A stretch of DNA of 64,000 bases from an uncultured Candidatus Poseidoniales archaeon (GCA_964526385.1 CAZGJD010000005.1:38989-102988), one strand, 5' to 3'; shown: positions 54,593 to 63,459, counted from the first letter of the stretch. The notes: generated by a model from the letters alone, not told the origin. Made by a program: numbers and translations.

Positions 54593-54840
54593 TCAGAAAA
54601 ATCTGCGAGAAGGCCGTCTACAATATTTCTGAGATTCTCCAAAGAATCAGCCTTAACTTCGATTGTTAGGGTGCTAATAGACTCTTTATTTTCCACTGAA
54701 AATTCGATATCTTTGGGAATTAATTTCACTAAACGCTCACAAATATGGCTTTCTCCCTCCCATGTTAATTGGGTAGAATAGTTCTCAGCCATAATTAGGG
54801 CGAGGGGGTAAACAAATTCATATTTATCCATTACAATCAA
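54580..54840 (-). CDS. Small protein, possibly KEOPS subunit Pcc1-like
   Basis: An 86-aa protein. TLTIEVKADSLENLRNIVDGLL resembles the Pcc1/CTAG pattern (l.i.i.A.d...LRa..ns.l). The assignment is tentative. Confidence 0.35.
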   Translation of the reverse strand: MIVMDKYEFVYPLALIMAENYSTQLTWEGESHICERLVKLIPKDIEFSVENKESISTLTIEVKADSLENLRNIVDGLLADFSDQDE

Positions 54841-54868
54841 TTATTAAAATCGTTTAATTGGATTAAAC

Positions 54869-56194
54869 ATGGATGAGCCAATTCAAATCCTAGCCGGCAC
54901 AGGAGGTGTGGCGTTAGGAGAGGCTCGAACAAATCACGAGGGGCGAAAAGCAATCCTGCTTTATCGAGAGGGAAATCCTGCGGAGTTAATTGGTTTGGCT
55001 CACACTATGGGGGTCGAAATTCAAGATGTAATTCATCAAAAAGGAAGAGATGATGTGAAGACATACTTCGGAAAAGGAAGGTTGCAAGACGTTTCTGATG
55101 AGTTAGCGGGTATGGTCGAAGGGCACGTATGGAATGGCGTTGACCTAGTTTTACTACACACAAATGCAACACCGAGACAGTTGGTTAGTGTTCATGAAAC
55201 CCTCCAAGTTGAGGTCTGGGATAGAGTGAGATTACTCCTTTCTCTTTTCATCTCACATGCTAATAGTGTTGAGGCAAGGACACAAGTACGAATTGCTCAA
55301 CTACAGGCAGATAGAACAGTTTTGAGAGAACTTGTAAACCAACAAACTACTGGCGAGAGAGCAGGATTTGGAGGAGGAGGCAGACAAGCGGTTCAGGGTG
55401 TCTTAACAAATGTTTCAAGAGAGTTAACTCAATTGCGCAAACGACAGTCAAAACACTCAACTGCAAGAAAGGAGAGGCGACGTCAGCGGATTAGAGGTGG
55501 AGCAAAAACTGTAGGTTTAGCAGGCTATACAAATGCCGGTAAATCGTCGTTATTCCTTAACCTGTCTGGCAAGGAAGTTCTTGTTGAGGATAAACTATTC
55601 TCCACTTTAGAAACCACGGTTGGTAGGATGGAAATGAGTCCACGAATATTACTTGCTGATACGATTGGATTCATTGATGAATTACCTTCGGATCTTCTCG
55701 ATGCTTTTCATGCTACATTAGATGAATCATTGCAGTGTGAGCTACTTCTTTTGTTGGTTGATTGTAGTGATGAAATTTCAGAATTTAAGAGAAAACTTTC
55801 GACATCCCGCAGAGAAATTTTTGATAGAATTAGTGACGACCCTCCAATGATTAGATTGGTCCTTACAAAATCTGATTCGGCAAATAATCTAGATGAAGCG
55901 TTAGAATTTGTTTCTTCTATAGGAATGAAAGACCCAATTATCATATCATCTCACTCGAACCAAGGCATTGACGAATTAAGGGATTGTATTTTGAAATCTC
56001 TTTACGGTGGGGAATCTACCGTCGAAGTACTTGAAGATGAGAATTCTAAAATTAGTAATGAATCTCTAATAAGCAAAATCTACGACTTAGGAATCGTAAC
56101 TAATAGAGACAAGAACCAACTAACACTTTGGTGTGATAAAAGTGAATTAAATCGTCTAATCTCCAAATCATCAGGACGCATTTCAATCAAGTAG
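54869..56194 (+). CDS. hflX: GTPase HflX
   Basis: The HflX N-domain contains GKGRLQDV and RVRLLLSLFISHANSVEARTQVRIAQLQ. The G1 motif is GYTNAGKSS, and DTIGF (G3) and TKSD (G4) are also present. Confidence 0.8.
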   Translation: MDEPIQILAGTGGVALGEARTNHEGRKAILLYREGNPAELIGLAHTMGVEIQDVIHQKGRDDVKTYFGKGRLQDVSDELAGMVEGHVWNGVDLVLLHTNATPRQLVSVHETLQVEVWDRVRLLLSLFISHANSVEARTQVRIAQLQADRTVLRELVNQQTTGERAGFGGGGRQAVQGVLTNVSRELTQLRKRQSKHSTARKERRRQRIRGGAKTVGLAGYTNAGKSSLFLNLSGKEVLVEDKLFSTLETTVGRMEMSPRILLADTIGFIDELPSDLLDAFHATLDESLQCELLLLLVDCSDEISEFKRKLSTSRREIFDRISDDPPMIRLVLTKSDSANNLDEALEFVSSIGMKDPIIISSHSNQGIDELRDCILKSLYGGESTVEVLEDENSKISNESLISKIYDLGIVTNRDKNQLTLWCDKSELNRLISKSSGRISIK

Positions 56195-56208
56195 TTTCAG
56201 CCCTTGGC

Positions 56209-57084
56209 ATGGGCATGGCCGAAATTCTGGAAGGGCTAGAACAACTTCCTGAAGAGGAGCCGGTTTTCCAATCTAGCGGGGCGGTTTTTCAGATAAAAAC
56301 CGATGACGGCCATCCTATGTTGAAACCTATTGCGATTTTTGTATTTGTCATTTGTATGCTTGGTTTTGCCAATGGTTTGGATTTCATTAATCCAAAAGCG
56401 GGTTTGGTGAGGCCTCATGAATGGATACATGGTTTATCCCAAGGCGCCCCTATCGACTCTGCTGAATTTGAAGGATTTGTGACATCAGACGGTCAGCCTG
56501 TTGAAAATGCAACAGTTACTCTTGAGGTAAAGTTAGATGTTGATTTGAAATCTCAGATGATAACCCAAACCAATGCAGAAGGTAAATTTGAATTTTCTAA
56601 TGCAACACCTGGTCTTACACAAATTATGATAGTAAAATGGAATGAAAACCAAGAGCATCATTCAGTTCTGCACAGGATAATTTTGAATCCACCCACTCCT
56701 CTTGAACCTGTAGGTTTTACCAGAATTGATTTTGAATTACCTTCGGATTCAGAATTTTCAGGATATGAATGTGTAGATATTTACGGTAACGATTCCTGTG
56801 TAAGAGAAATAGATTATCAACCTCAAGAAATGGAATTTCCATTAATCGATGAATCTGCCGCCGGACTTTACATAATGGTAGGCTGGGGCATGATTGGGCT
56901 TTCACTAATAGCATCAGGGTTTACATTCTACGGCTTGAAAAATAAATCAAGAGGAATGATACAGACCGCCTGCGTCTTGGTTTTCTTCACAGGGGGCCAT
57001 TACTACAGCGCATGCTTCTTTTCTGTAATGGCATTCGCACTAACTTTTGCAGTTCCTAAAAACACCGTTATTATTGATGCTTAG
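56209..57084 (+). CDS. Hypothetical membrane protein with a carboxypeptidase-regulatory-like (Ig-fold) domain
   Basis: GFVTSDGQPVENATVTLE....TNAEGKFEFSNATPG is typical of CarboxypepD_reg-like domains. There is 1 N-terminal TM helix and 3-4 C-terminal ones. Confidence 0.45.
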   Translation: MGMAEILEGLEQLPEEEPVFQSSGAVFQIKTDDGHPMLKPIAIFVFVICMLGFANGLDFINPKAGLVRPHEWIHGLSQGAPIDSAEFEGFVTSDGQPVENATVTLEVKLDVDLKSQMITQTNAEGKFEFSNATPGLTQIMIVKWNENQEHHSVLHRIILNPPTPLEPVGFTRIDFELPSDSEFSGYECVDIYGNDSCVREIDYQPQEMEFPLIDESAAGLYIMVGWGMIGLSLIASGFTFYGLKNKSRGMIQTACVLVFFTGGHYYSACFFSVMAFALTFAVPKNTVIIDA

Positions 57085-57123
57085 GGGCGACATACTATTC
57101 ACCTGAGCACTACACGGTCATCC

Positions 57124-58146
57124 ATGGACTTGACCCAATCGACTTGGATGATTCGAGAATTGGGTCAGCCTGTAAGCGCTTTGTACATTGGAGCCGATTA
57201 CTCAATCACAGCAGGTGGGTGGGATGGAAAGTTATCCCATTGGGATTCAGAAGGTAAACACCTCTGGTCAGTCGATTGCATGGATAGAATCGAATCAATA
57301 TTACAAGTCGACGCCAGTTTCGTAATTACGTCAGGCTTGCATATAGTATGTATCGAGAACGGTGAACAAAAATGGTCTCACGCATTAGAAGGGTCTGCAG
57401 ACTTAATCGCATTTCACTCTGGCAAAATAGTAGTAACATCCAGTGTATATGATATCGAGCATGGTGATTTTATGGAAGGAGCGATCTGGAAATTTTCTTT
57501 ATCAGGAGATCTCGAAACTATTGATAGGATTGATGAGAAGCCCTGGTTTTTATCTGCAAGAGAGGAATTAATCATTGGTTTAGGAAGGCCGAGATGCGGA
57601 ATATTAGTTGATGGTGAGCATGCAAGCCTCGGAATAGATTCACCAATAACGTGCGGGGTAGAACTCTCTGGAAATATATTTCTTGGACACGCAAACGGTG
57701 TGATAAGCGACGTATCGGGAAGGGAAATATCTAGGGATGAAACCGGAGTCGAATCCATAATTTCTCATCAAAATGGCATTGTTACGGCCCTTGAAAATGG
57801 AAAATTGGTCTTCCGGACATCAGATGAAAAAGTTGAATGGTCCGTAAAAAAAGACCAAATTACAACCCAAAGCTCTGCTTTCTCATATCATTGGGCAGGA
57901 AATTGGAACGGTATGGAAGGTTTAATCGAAGTTAGAGACAAATCTGGTGAATTAGTTGTTTCATCTTCAGTTTCAAGGCCAAGGGTTTCTACCAGCAGAA
58001 AAAATCGCGTTGGTTTTGGTTTAGAGGATGGTAAAATTATGGTATGGGAAAAGGAACTTTTTGAGCGAAGAAAAGGACAGGAATTTTCTGCACAAAATGA
58101 ACAAAAATCTGCTCTGGCAGAGAGGCTAAGATCATTGAGAAAATAG
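57124..58146 (+). CDS. Beta-propeller repeat protein (WD40/PQQ-like)
   Basis: Repeated blades of about 40 aa are present (GGWDGKLSHWDSEGKHLWS, ...GEQKWSH, ...). The C-terminal tail is basic. Confidence 0.5.
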   Translation: MDLTQSTWMIRELGQPVSALYIGADYSITAGGWDGKLSHWDSEGKHLWSVDCMDRIESILQVDASFVITSGLHIVCIENGEQKWSHALEGSADLIAFHSGKIVVTSSVYDIEHGDFMEGAIWKFSLSGDLETIDRIDEKPWFLSAREELIIGLGRPRCGILVDGEHASLGIDSPITCGVELSGNIFLGHANGVISDVSGREISRDETGVESIISHQNGIVTALENGKLVFRTSDEKVEWSVKKDQITTQSSAFSYHWAGNWNGMEGLIEVRDKSGELVVSSSVSRPRVSTSRKNRVGFGLEDGKIMVWEKELFERRKGQEFSAQNEQKSALAERLRSLRK

Positions 58147-58165
58147 TGTTATTTTTTTGCTATTT

Positions 58166-59001
58166 TCTCCACCGGACCCAGTGGAAAACCTCCCCGCAGA
58201 CCCCCATTTCGCATGGAAAAAGCCCGATTTTTCCGAAAGGTTTATTTGCCTCCTCCCCACAAGAGGAAATTGCCGCTCCCAAGGAGTGGTGGAGAAGGGC
58301 CTCAAAACCCGACTCTGGGACCCTGCCAACCGGCCTGCTCAAACCGAGCAAAGAGTTGGTCACAAACTTTGGAGACAAAGTGTGTGAGATGGGCTCGAAG
58401 ATCTGCCTCTCCGGAGACAGAAGTTCACCCATCCGTAGGAAGATTAGAAGCTTCGGCAGATAATCACACGAAATCGCAAGAAATCGTGACAGGGAGGGCA
58501 CGACCTCGGTCGTGTGGTACCAGGCCTACGCATTTCGCCGGGAGGAGTAGCAGTAACAGTTCTTCGGGACAACCTCAGCTACAACAAACGGCATCAGGCT
58601 ACGATACCTCGGTATCAAAGCCACTGAGAAACCGGACCAGGTAACTGCCTCGGCAGAAATTTGGAAACGGGCTCAACGGACGGAAACCGCGCCACCCCTT
58701 TTCGGAGAAGGTGGAAACGAACCTCCATCGCTGAAGACGAAAAGCCTCGTGCTTTGAATTGGAAGCAAAAGCGATTTGTCGACTTCGGTTGATGAAAAGC
58801 CAAACTCGGCTGTTGAGAAGAAGGTCTTCTTGCAAAAGAAGATCAACGAACCAATAAGCGTTCTTCGGAATGCTTTGAGGAGACGGCGACTCAGCAGTCA
58901 CCAGCGGAGGCTGGCAGGGGGGCGGATATCCCACCCGGATGAAACCCCCCTGCCAGTTCTCCCATCCTGCTATCACAGGTGAATTGGTGCCGGTTCGTTT
59001 C
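58166..59001 (+). ncRNA. Candidate large structured non-coding RNA(s), class unknown
   Basis: There is no credible ORF: five overlapping short ORFs give R/S/P/G-rich translations. G+C is elevated. At least 12 plus-strand hairpins are capped by UNCG, YUCG or GNRA loops. These are 58215-34, 58402-21 (UCCG), 58499-514 (CUCG), 58603-16 (CUCG), 58645-56 (CUCG), 58692-714, 58779-92 (UUCG), 58823-44 (GCAA) and 58856-75 (UUCG), plus a 12-bp perfect stem 58911-22/58945-56. Long-range helices are 58179-84/58621-26, 58727-32/58770-75 and 58626-35/58990-59001. Confidence 0.6.
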
Positions 59002-59015
59002 GTTTATGATATTTG

Positions 59016-59047
59016 AGGGTGATTTTACCCTGTCCGTCCCGTTTTTT
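59016..59047 (+). terminator. Hairpin plus T6 tract, putative terminator of the candidate ncRNA
   Basis: The AGGGT/ACCCT stem (59016-20/59027-31) is followed by gtccgtcccg and TTTTTT (59042-47). Confidence 0.4.
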
Positions 59048-59054
59048 ACACCTT

Positions 59055-60620
59055 TTAATTTGGACCAATCATATCTTCTGGTCTAACCCACTTATCGAAT
59101 TCTTCATTCGTAAGATATCCAAGACCGATGGCGGATTCCCGTAGAGTAGTACCTTCTTGGTGCGCCTTTTTCGCAATCTTTGCGGCTTTGTCGTACCCAA
59201 TGTGATTGTTCAAAGCGGTAACTAACATTAGGGAGTTCTCAAGATGATCTTCTATCATGCCTAAATTTGGCTGGATTCCAATTACGCATTTTTCGGTGAA
59301 TGACCTCATAGAAGCAGATAAAATTTTACAACTATGCAAGAAATTATGAATCATCATAGGTTTGAACACGTTCAATTCAAAGTTTCCTTGACTTCCTCCA
59401 ATAGTAATAGCAGTATGATTTCCTATTACTTGGCAGCAAACCATTGTCATAGCTTCAGACTGCGTTGGGTTCACCTTTCCTGGCATAATCGAAGATCCAG
59501 GCTCATTTTCTGGTAATGACAATTCACCCAGTCCACACCTCGGTCCCGAACCGAGCCATCGAACATCATTTGCAATTTTCATCAAGGATGCGGCAAGTGT
59601 ATTGAGTGCGCCACTGGCAGCAACTATTGCATCGTGTGCCGCAAGTTGGGCGAATTTATTTGGAGCTGAAACGAAGGGAAGATTTGTTTTGAGGGCGATC
59701 GCTGAAGCGACCCTATTTGCAAACTCAGGATGAGTGTTTAACCCGGTGCCAACTGCAGTCCCACCCAATGCGAGTTCGTATAAATCCTCCAAGGCGAATT
59801 CAATTCTTTTGATATCAGAGTCTAACTGAGAAACCCATCCGCTTGCTTCTTGACCAAGAGTTAGAGGGACTGCATCCATCAAATGAGTTCGGCCAATTTT
59901 TACTATTTCGCCCCAGTCCTCTGATTTCTGTTTTAATGTATCTCTTAGGATTTTTAGATTTGGTAGAACTTCGTGGACAATTGATTCAGTAGCTGAAATG
60001 TGCATCGCAGTGGGAAAAGTGTCGTTTGATGATTGAGCTCTATTTACGTGGTCATTAGGATGGATGGGGTCTTTCGATCCTAGTACCCCACCAGCCATTT
60101 CAATTGCACGATTTGCAATGACCTCATTAGTATTCATGTTGGATTGAGTTCCCGAACCAGTTTGCCAAACCCTTAGAGGAAAATGCGCATCCAATTTTCC
60201 GTTGATAACTTCTTCAGCAGCAGCGATTATGCGCTTTGATATCTTTTTATCCAGTTGACCGAGGTCTGAATTAACTTTAGCAGCAGCTTGTTTTAGAATA
60301 CCGAATGCGCGAATGACGCGCCTGGGCATTTTGTCATCTCCAATATCGAAGTTAATCAGAGACCTTGCAGTTTGACAACCGTAGTACATATCGGCAGGGA
60401 CTTCCAACTCTCCCATGGTATCAGCTTCCATCCTGATGCCTTCTGGCCTTATTTTTGAGCCATCAGTATCCGCCAACCTTTTGTTTACGGCTTCTACAAT
60501 CCACTGGCTTCTGTTTTCAGCAATGCTCTCTATTTCCTCCATTTTTTCTAGTAATTCTGAAGGGAATGAGACGCTAACGATTCGCGCATCATGTGTTCTT
60601 GGTCTGCCCTTTGTTGGCAT
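59055..60620 (-). CDS. fumC: Class II fumarate hydratase with an N-terminal ribbon-helix-helix (CopG-like) extension
   Basis: [16 protein letters not shown] is the class II fumarase/aspartase signature. [26 protein letters not shown] matches the canonical FumC N-terminus, which here begins at about residue 62. Residues 12-50 ([39 protein letters not shown]) look like an RHH DNA-binding domain. Confidence 0.85.
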   Translation of the reverse strand: MPTKGRPRTHDARIVSVSFPSELLEKMEEIESIAENRSQWIVEAVNKRLADTDGSKIRPEGIRMEADTMGELEVPADMYYGCQTARSLINFDIGDDKMPRRVIRAFGILKQAAAKVNSDLGQLDKKISKRIIAAAEEVINGKLDAHFPLRVWQTGSGTQSNMNTNEVIANRAIEMAGGVLGSKDPIHPNDHVNRAQSSNDTFPTAMHISATESIVHEVLPNLKILRDTLKQKSEDWGEIVKIGRTHLMDAVPLTLGQEASGWVSQLDSDIKRIEFALEDLYELALGGTAVGTGLNTHPEFANRVASAIALKTNLPFVSAPNKFAQLAAHDAIVAASGALNTLAASLMKIANDVRWLGSGPRCGLGELSLPENEPGSSIMPGKVNPTQSEAMTMVCCQVIGNHTAITIGGSQGNFELNVFKPMMIHNFLHSCKILSASMRSFTEKCVIGIQPNLGMIEDHLENSLMLVTALNNHIGYDKAAKIAKKAHQEGTTLRESAIGLGYLTNEEFDKWVRPEDMIGPN

Positions 60621-60721
60621 AACCTGTCCTATTATACATTATTAATAAATTTATTTTATATTTAATTAATTATTTTTCATAATACCGAAACTATGAAGTT
60701 AATACTTCCAATCCCCCAAAT

Positions 60722-61594
60722 GTGAACCTAGGTACCGGCGTGCATGCATTTTTGCTCGGTGCTCCAAAATGTGGCACTACATGGCTTTCTAGTGTGCTTG
60801 AGCAGCACCCAGAGCTATGTGTAAGCGACCCTAAAGAGCCAAACGAAATTGCGACTCACAAAGGAACGATGCTAAGAGATAACAGAGAGCCTGATTTGAA
60901 GAAATACATGAAATATTTCAAGGGCCCTGGGTTGAAAATCGATTGTTCAGTTCACGCCCTTGCATGTCCAGAGGCACCAATGCGAATACAGAAAAATTGG
61001 CCTGATGCTAAATTCATTATTTGCGTTAGAGAACCAGTCGCTAGGACTATTTCTCATTGGAAAATGATTCGTGAAACCGAGGAAGATATTCACTCAGGTG
61101 CAGATTGGTCAGACTTTGAAATCGCATGGCGAGATTACAGGCTACACAAGGACTCACTTTATGGCGAATGCCTCCAAAATTGGGTATCAAAATTTCCGCT
61201 GTCATCATTCTTGATAATAGATTCAAAAAAAATGCGCAAAGATCCCGTAAAAACGATGAAAGCAGTATGCGAACACCTGAATATTACTAATTTTGATTTT
61301 GATTTTGAAGCGAACTCAAATTCAAATAAAGCCGAGGATAGAAGGAAACCTACAGGATTCAATCGAAAGTTAATGAATCTCTCATCAAAAATCCCAAACT
61401 TTCTGAAAGTGCCAATAGTGCTACCTCTAAAGCTTCTAGGAATCAATATTTACAATACAAAAGCACTTACATCCATGCCAATAATTGCAGAAGTTGACCT
61501 AGAACAAGCAAAAGAAATCATGTCTGAAAAGTTACTCCGAGACATCGAATTATTCGAATCACTAACTGGGAATTCATATGAACATTGGCGATAA
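60722..61594 (+). CDS. Sulfotransferase (PAPS-dependent, Sulfotransfer_1-like)
   Basis: The 5'-PSB motif is LLGAPKCGTTWL and the 3'-PB region is ICVREPVARTISHW. The start is a GTG at 60722 (or 60740). Confidence 0.7.
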   Translation: MNLGTGVHAFLLGAPKCGTTWLSSVLEQHPELCVSDPKEPNEIATHKGTMLRDNREPDLKKYMKYFKGPGLKIDCSVHALACPEAPMRIQKNWPDAKFIICVREPVARTISHWKMIRETEEDIHSGADWSDFEIAWRDYRLHKDSLYGECLQNWVSKFPLSSFLIIDSKKMRKDPVKTMKAVCEHLNITNFDFDFEANSNSNKAEDRRKPTGFNRKLMNLSSKIPNFLKVPIVLPLKLLGINIYNTKALTSMPIIAEVDLEQAKEIMSEKLLRDIELFESLTGNSYEHWR

Positions 61595-62446
61595 TCATTC
61601 ATATCCTAATTCTTTGTGAACATCATTAAATTTCTTTGAATATTCATTTGCTACATTCTCAGAAAAAAATTCTTTCCATTTAGATATCTTACCTGTTGAA
61701 ATGTGTTTATTCTGTGAAATTTGGCCACTAGTCATGCGACCAATGTCATGTTGTTTTGCGATATTCATTGCCTTGGTTAAAGCTGATCCCTCAAATCCCA
61801 AATGTGTAAAAATCCTCATCCATATTTCATCGTAATCAATTGTAATGGCTTCGAATTTGACTTCGAGAATTTGATCTTGTGGCAACCACTCTCTCATACA
61901 GTCTATCGTTCTTCCAGCAAATCCATTCATTTCAAAGATTAACCCATCATCCTGGGATAGCGAACATATGTTCTCCTGATACGATTTTCCATTTAGCCAT
62001 TCAAGGTATTCTGCCTTCTTTTCATGTGGAAGGTGAACCTGTGAAAAGTCAACCTGTGGGTGGGCGATTTCTCCTGAAATTTTCAAATCTTTGTTAACAC
62101 ACCATGCTTCATCGGTTCTCTTGTGAAAAAGATATCCAGAGACAATCACGTCTCTGGGGTCGCGAATAAAATGAACACCGAGATGGTCGGAATTCAAGAT
62201 TTCAGAAGACGTTTGGGAATGCCAATAATGGATAATCTGAGAATTCTCTACTTCGTCGTGGTATCCGGGAGCATCTTTGAATGACAATCCGTAGTGAAGT
62301 GAAATTTCTCTGAATACTTTCGAAGTTAATGCAGTTGCAACTTTGTGATGAGTATAGATGTGAATCCGCTTCTTTGGGCTCCAACCCCCAAAGATATGAC
62401 GGCCTTTACCCAAGGCCCACAGAATAGCATGAGTGATACCAACCAC
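61595..62446 (-). CDS. Sulfotransferase-domain protein (cytosolic SULT-like, divergent 5'-PSB loop)
   Basis: VHFIRDPRDVIVSGYLFH is 3'-PB-like. The C-terminal GKISKWKEFFSENV resembles the SULT motif (RKG..GDWKN.F). The N-terminal P-loop is not canonical. Confidence 0.5.
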   Translation of the reverse strand: MVGITHAILWALGKGRHIFGGWSPKKRIHIYTHHKVATALTSKVFREISLHYGLSFKDAPGYHDEVENSQIIHYWHSQTSSEILNSDHLGVHFIRDPRDVIVSGYLFHKRTDEAWCVNKDLKISGEIAHPQVDFSQVHLPHEKKAEYLEWLNGKSYQENICSLSQDDGLIFEMNGFAGRTIDCMREWLPQDQILEVKFEAITIDYDEIWMRIFTHLGFEGSALTKAMNIAKQHDIGRMTSGQISQNKHISTGKISKWKEFFSENVANEYSKKFNDVHKELGYE

Positions 62447-62517
62447 GAATTTTCTAGAAGGTCAACATATTGAAACTGTCGCACCAAGAATAGAATAAAC
62501 TCACCAATGAAGATGTT

Positions 62518-63459
62518 TTATTGTAATTCTGGACCAATTCCTAGGCTGATATCTCCATCTACCCATGACCCTCTATACATTAACGTAGTTTGGAATGGCA
62601 TCACTAAATTACCTTCATTATCAATTGCGATAACACCACCCCTTCCACCAAGAGGGGCAACTTCGTCGAGTATATGTTCGCATGCTTCAGCAAGTGAATC
62701 TCCTAGTTTTAGCCGGGTCGATACTTCGTGAGCAGCACAGGTTCTGATGAACGCTTCTCCAACACCTGTGCAAGATACTGCTACAGTTTTGTCCGCCCAT
62801 GTTCCAGCACCGATTATTGGTGTGTCGCCGATTCTTCCATCGGGTTTTCCAGTCATCCCTCCGGTACTTGTAGCAGCGGCTAGATTTCCTTTGGAATCAA
62901 TCGCTACAGCGCCCACCGTGCCTAAACCCTCTCCGTCGTGGTCTAGAATTGCTTCATCATCTTCATCTGTGGAACCCGGTCGTGAATTGTTAGCCTTCCA
63001 CTTTTGCCATTGTGCTTTGCGTAAGTCTGTAATCAACCAGTCTTGTGATACCCTTTCGACTCCTTGTTGTATAGCAAAATTTTCAGCACCTTCGCTGTTT
63101 AACATTACTGGCCATCCTTTCTCAAGGATTTTTTTTGCAGCCCTTATTGGGTGGCGAATATTTGTTACATTAACAACAGAACCAGCAGCAGAATCAAGAC
63201 CGTGCATTATGCTAGCATCCATTGTTACACTGCCGTTTGCAGCCAGAACAGAACCGATTCCTGCGTTGAATAGAGGTTCATCTTCAAGCATCTCAACTGC
63301 AATGGTGACTGCTTCAAGTGCATCAATTCCGCTTTCTAGCATTGTGCCTACAGTCGATAAGACATTTTGCATGCAGGTAATTCTGTTAGGGTCTAAGTCA
63401 GTTGGGCCTTTCCATGGCCCATCTCCACCAGCTCCACCATGAATGGCGAGCCTAACCAT
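62518..63459 (-). CDS. Isoaspartyl peptidase / plant-type L-asparaginase (Ntn hydrolase)
   Basis: LAIHGGAG is present. The autoprocessing site is GLGTVGAVAID, and STGGMTGKPDGRIGDTPIIGAGTWAD follows. Confidence 0.85.
   Translation of the reverse strand: MVRLAIHGGAGGDGPWKGPTDLDPNRITCMQNVLSTVGTMLESGIDALEAVTIAVEMLEDEPLFNAGIGSVLAANGSVTMDASIMHGLDSAAGSVVNVTNIRHPIRAAKKILEKGWPVMLNSEGAENFAIQQGVERVSQDWLITDLRKAQWQKWKANNSRPGSTDEDDEAILDHDGEGLGTVGAVAIDSKGNLAAATSTGGMTGKPDGRIGDTPIIGAGTWADKTVAVSCTGVGEAFIRTCAAHEVSTRLKLGDSLAEACEHILDEVAPLGGRGGVIAIDNEGNLVMPFQTTLMYRGSWVDGDISLGIGPELQ

Noticed and set aside
58518-58560. SRP RNA helix-8-like string CCAGGCC...GCC-GGGA-GGAGUAGCAG.
   Set aside because: The spacing between CCAGG and the tetraloop is too long, the loop is GGGA rather than GNAR, and the surrounding RNA is multi-branched rather than a long rod.
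58262-58594. Possible RNase P RNA. GAGGAAAUUGCCGCUCC (58262-78) resembles CR-I (GAGGAAAGUCCGGGCUC). AUUGCCG could pair with CGGCAU (58589-94, preceded by ACAACAAA) as a P4-like helix with a bulged U.
   Set aside because: I could not find the other universal elements: the GGGUGAAA / GGUAAGAGC-type J11/12-J12/13 motifs and ACAGAA. The P1-P2-P3 order does not fit, because an extra hairpin at 58603-16 lies between the putative P4 3' strand and the closing helix. The idea is left as something to test with cmsearch, not as a call.
58146-58982. Six-frame ORFs of 62-143 aa covering the 58.1-59.0 kb region (for example 58213..58644 +, 58599..58976 -, 58160..58501 -).
   Set aside because: They overlap one another in five frames, and their translations are R/S/P/G-rich with no motif. 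The nucleotide sequence is instead dominated by tetraloop-capped hairpins. They are treated as artefacts of a G+C-rich structured RNA.
58146-59050. Group II intron or rRNA fragment.
   Set aside because: There is no 34-nt domain V hairpin with an AGC triad and GNRA loop, no intron-encoded protein, and no match to the universally conserved 16S or 23S strings that I checked by eye.
59055-60620. Annotating the RHH segment and fumC as two separate genes.
   Set aside because: There is no stop codon between them in this sequence, so only one ORF can be supported. The alternative internal start at 60431 is flagged in the findings instead.
62747-63442. A 231-aa plus-strand ORF antisense to the asparaginase gene. 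Similar long antisense ORFs occur at 48221..48832, 36211..36705, 10292..10726, 23467..23919, 15023..15556, 33257..33712, 39423..39947 and 51940..52359.
   Set aside because: They have Ser/Pro/Ala-rich low-complexity translations, no motifs, and each lies entirely opposite a gene with strong family signatures.
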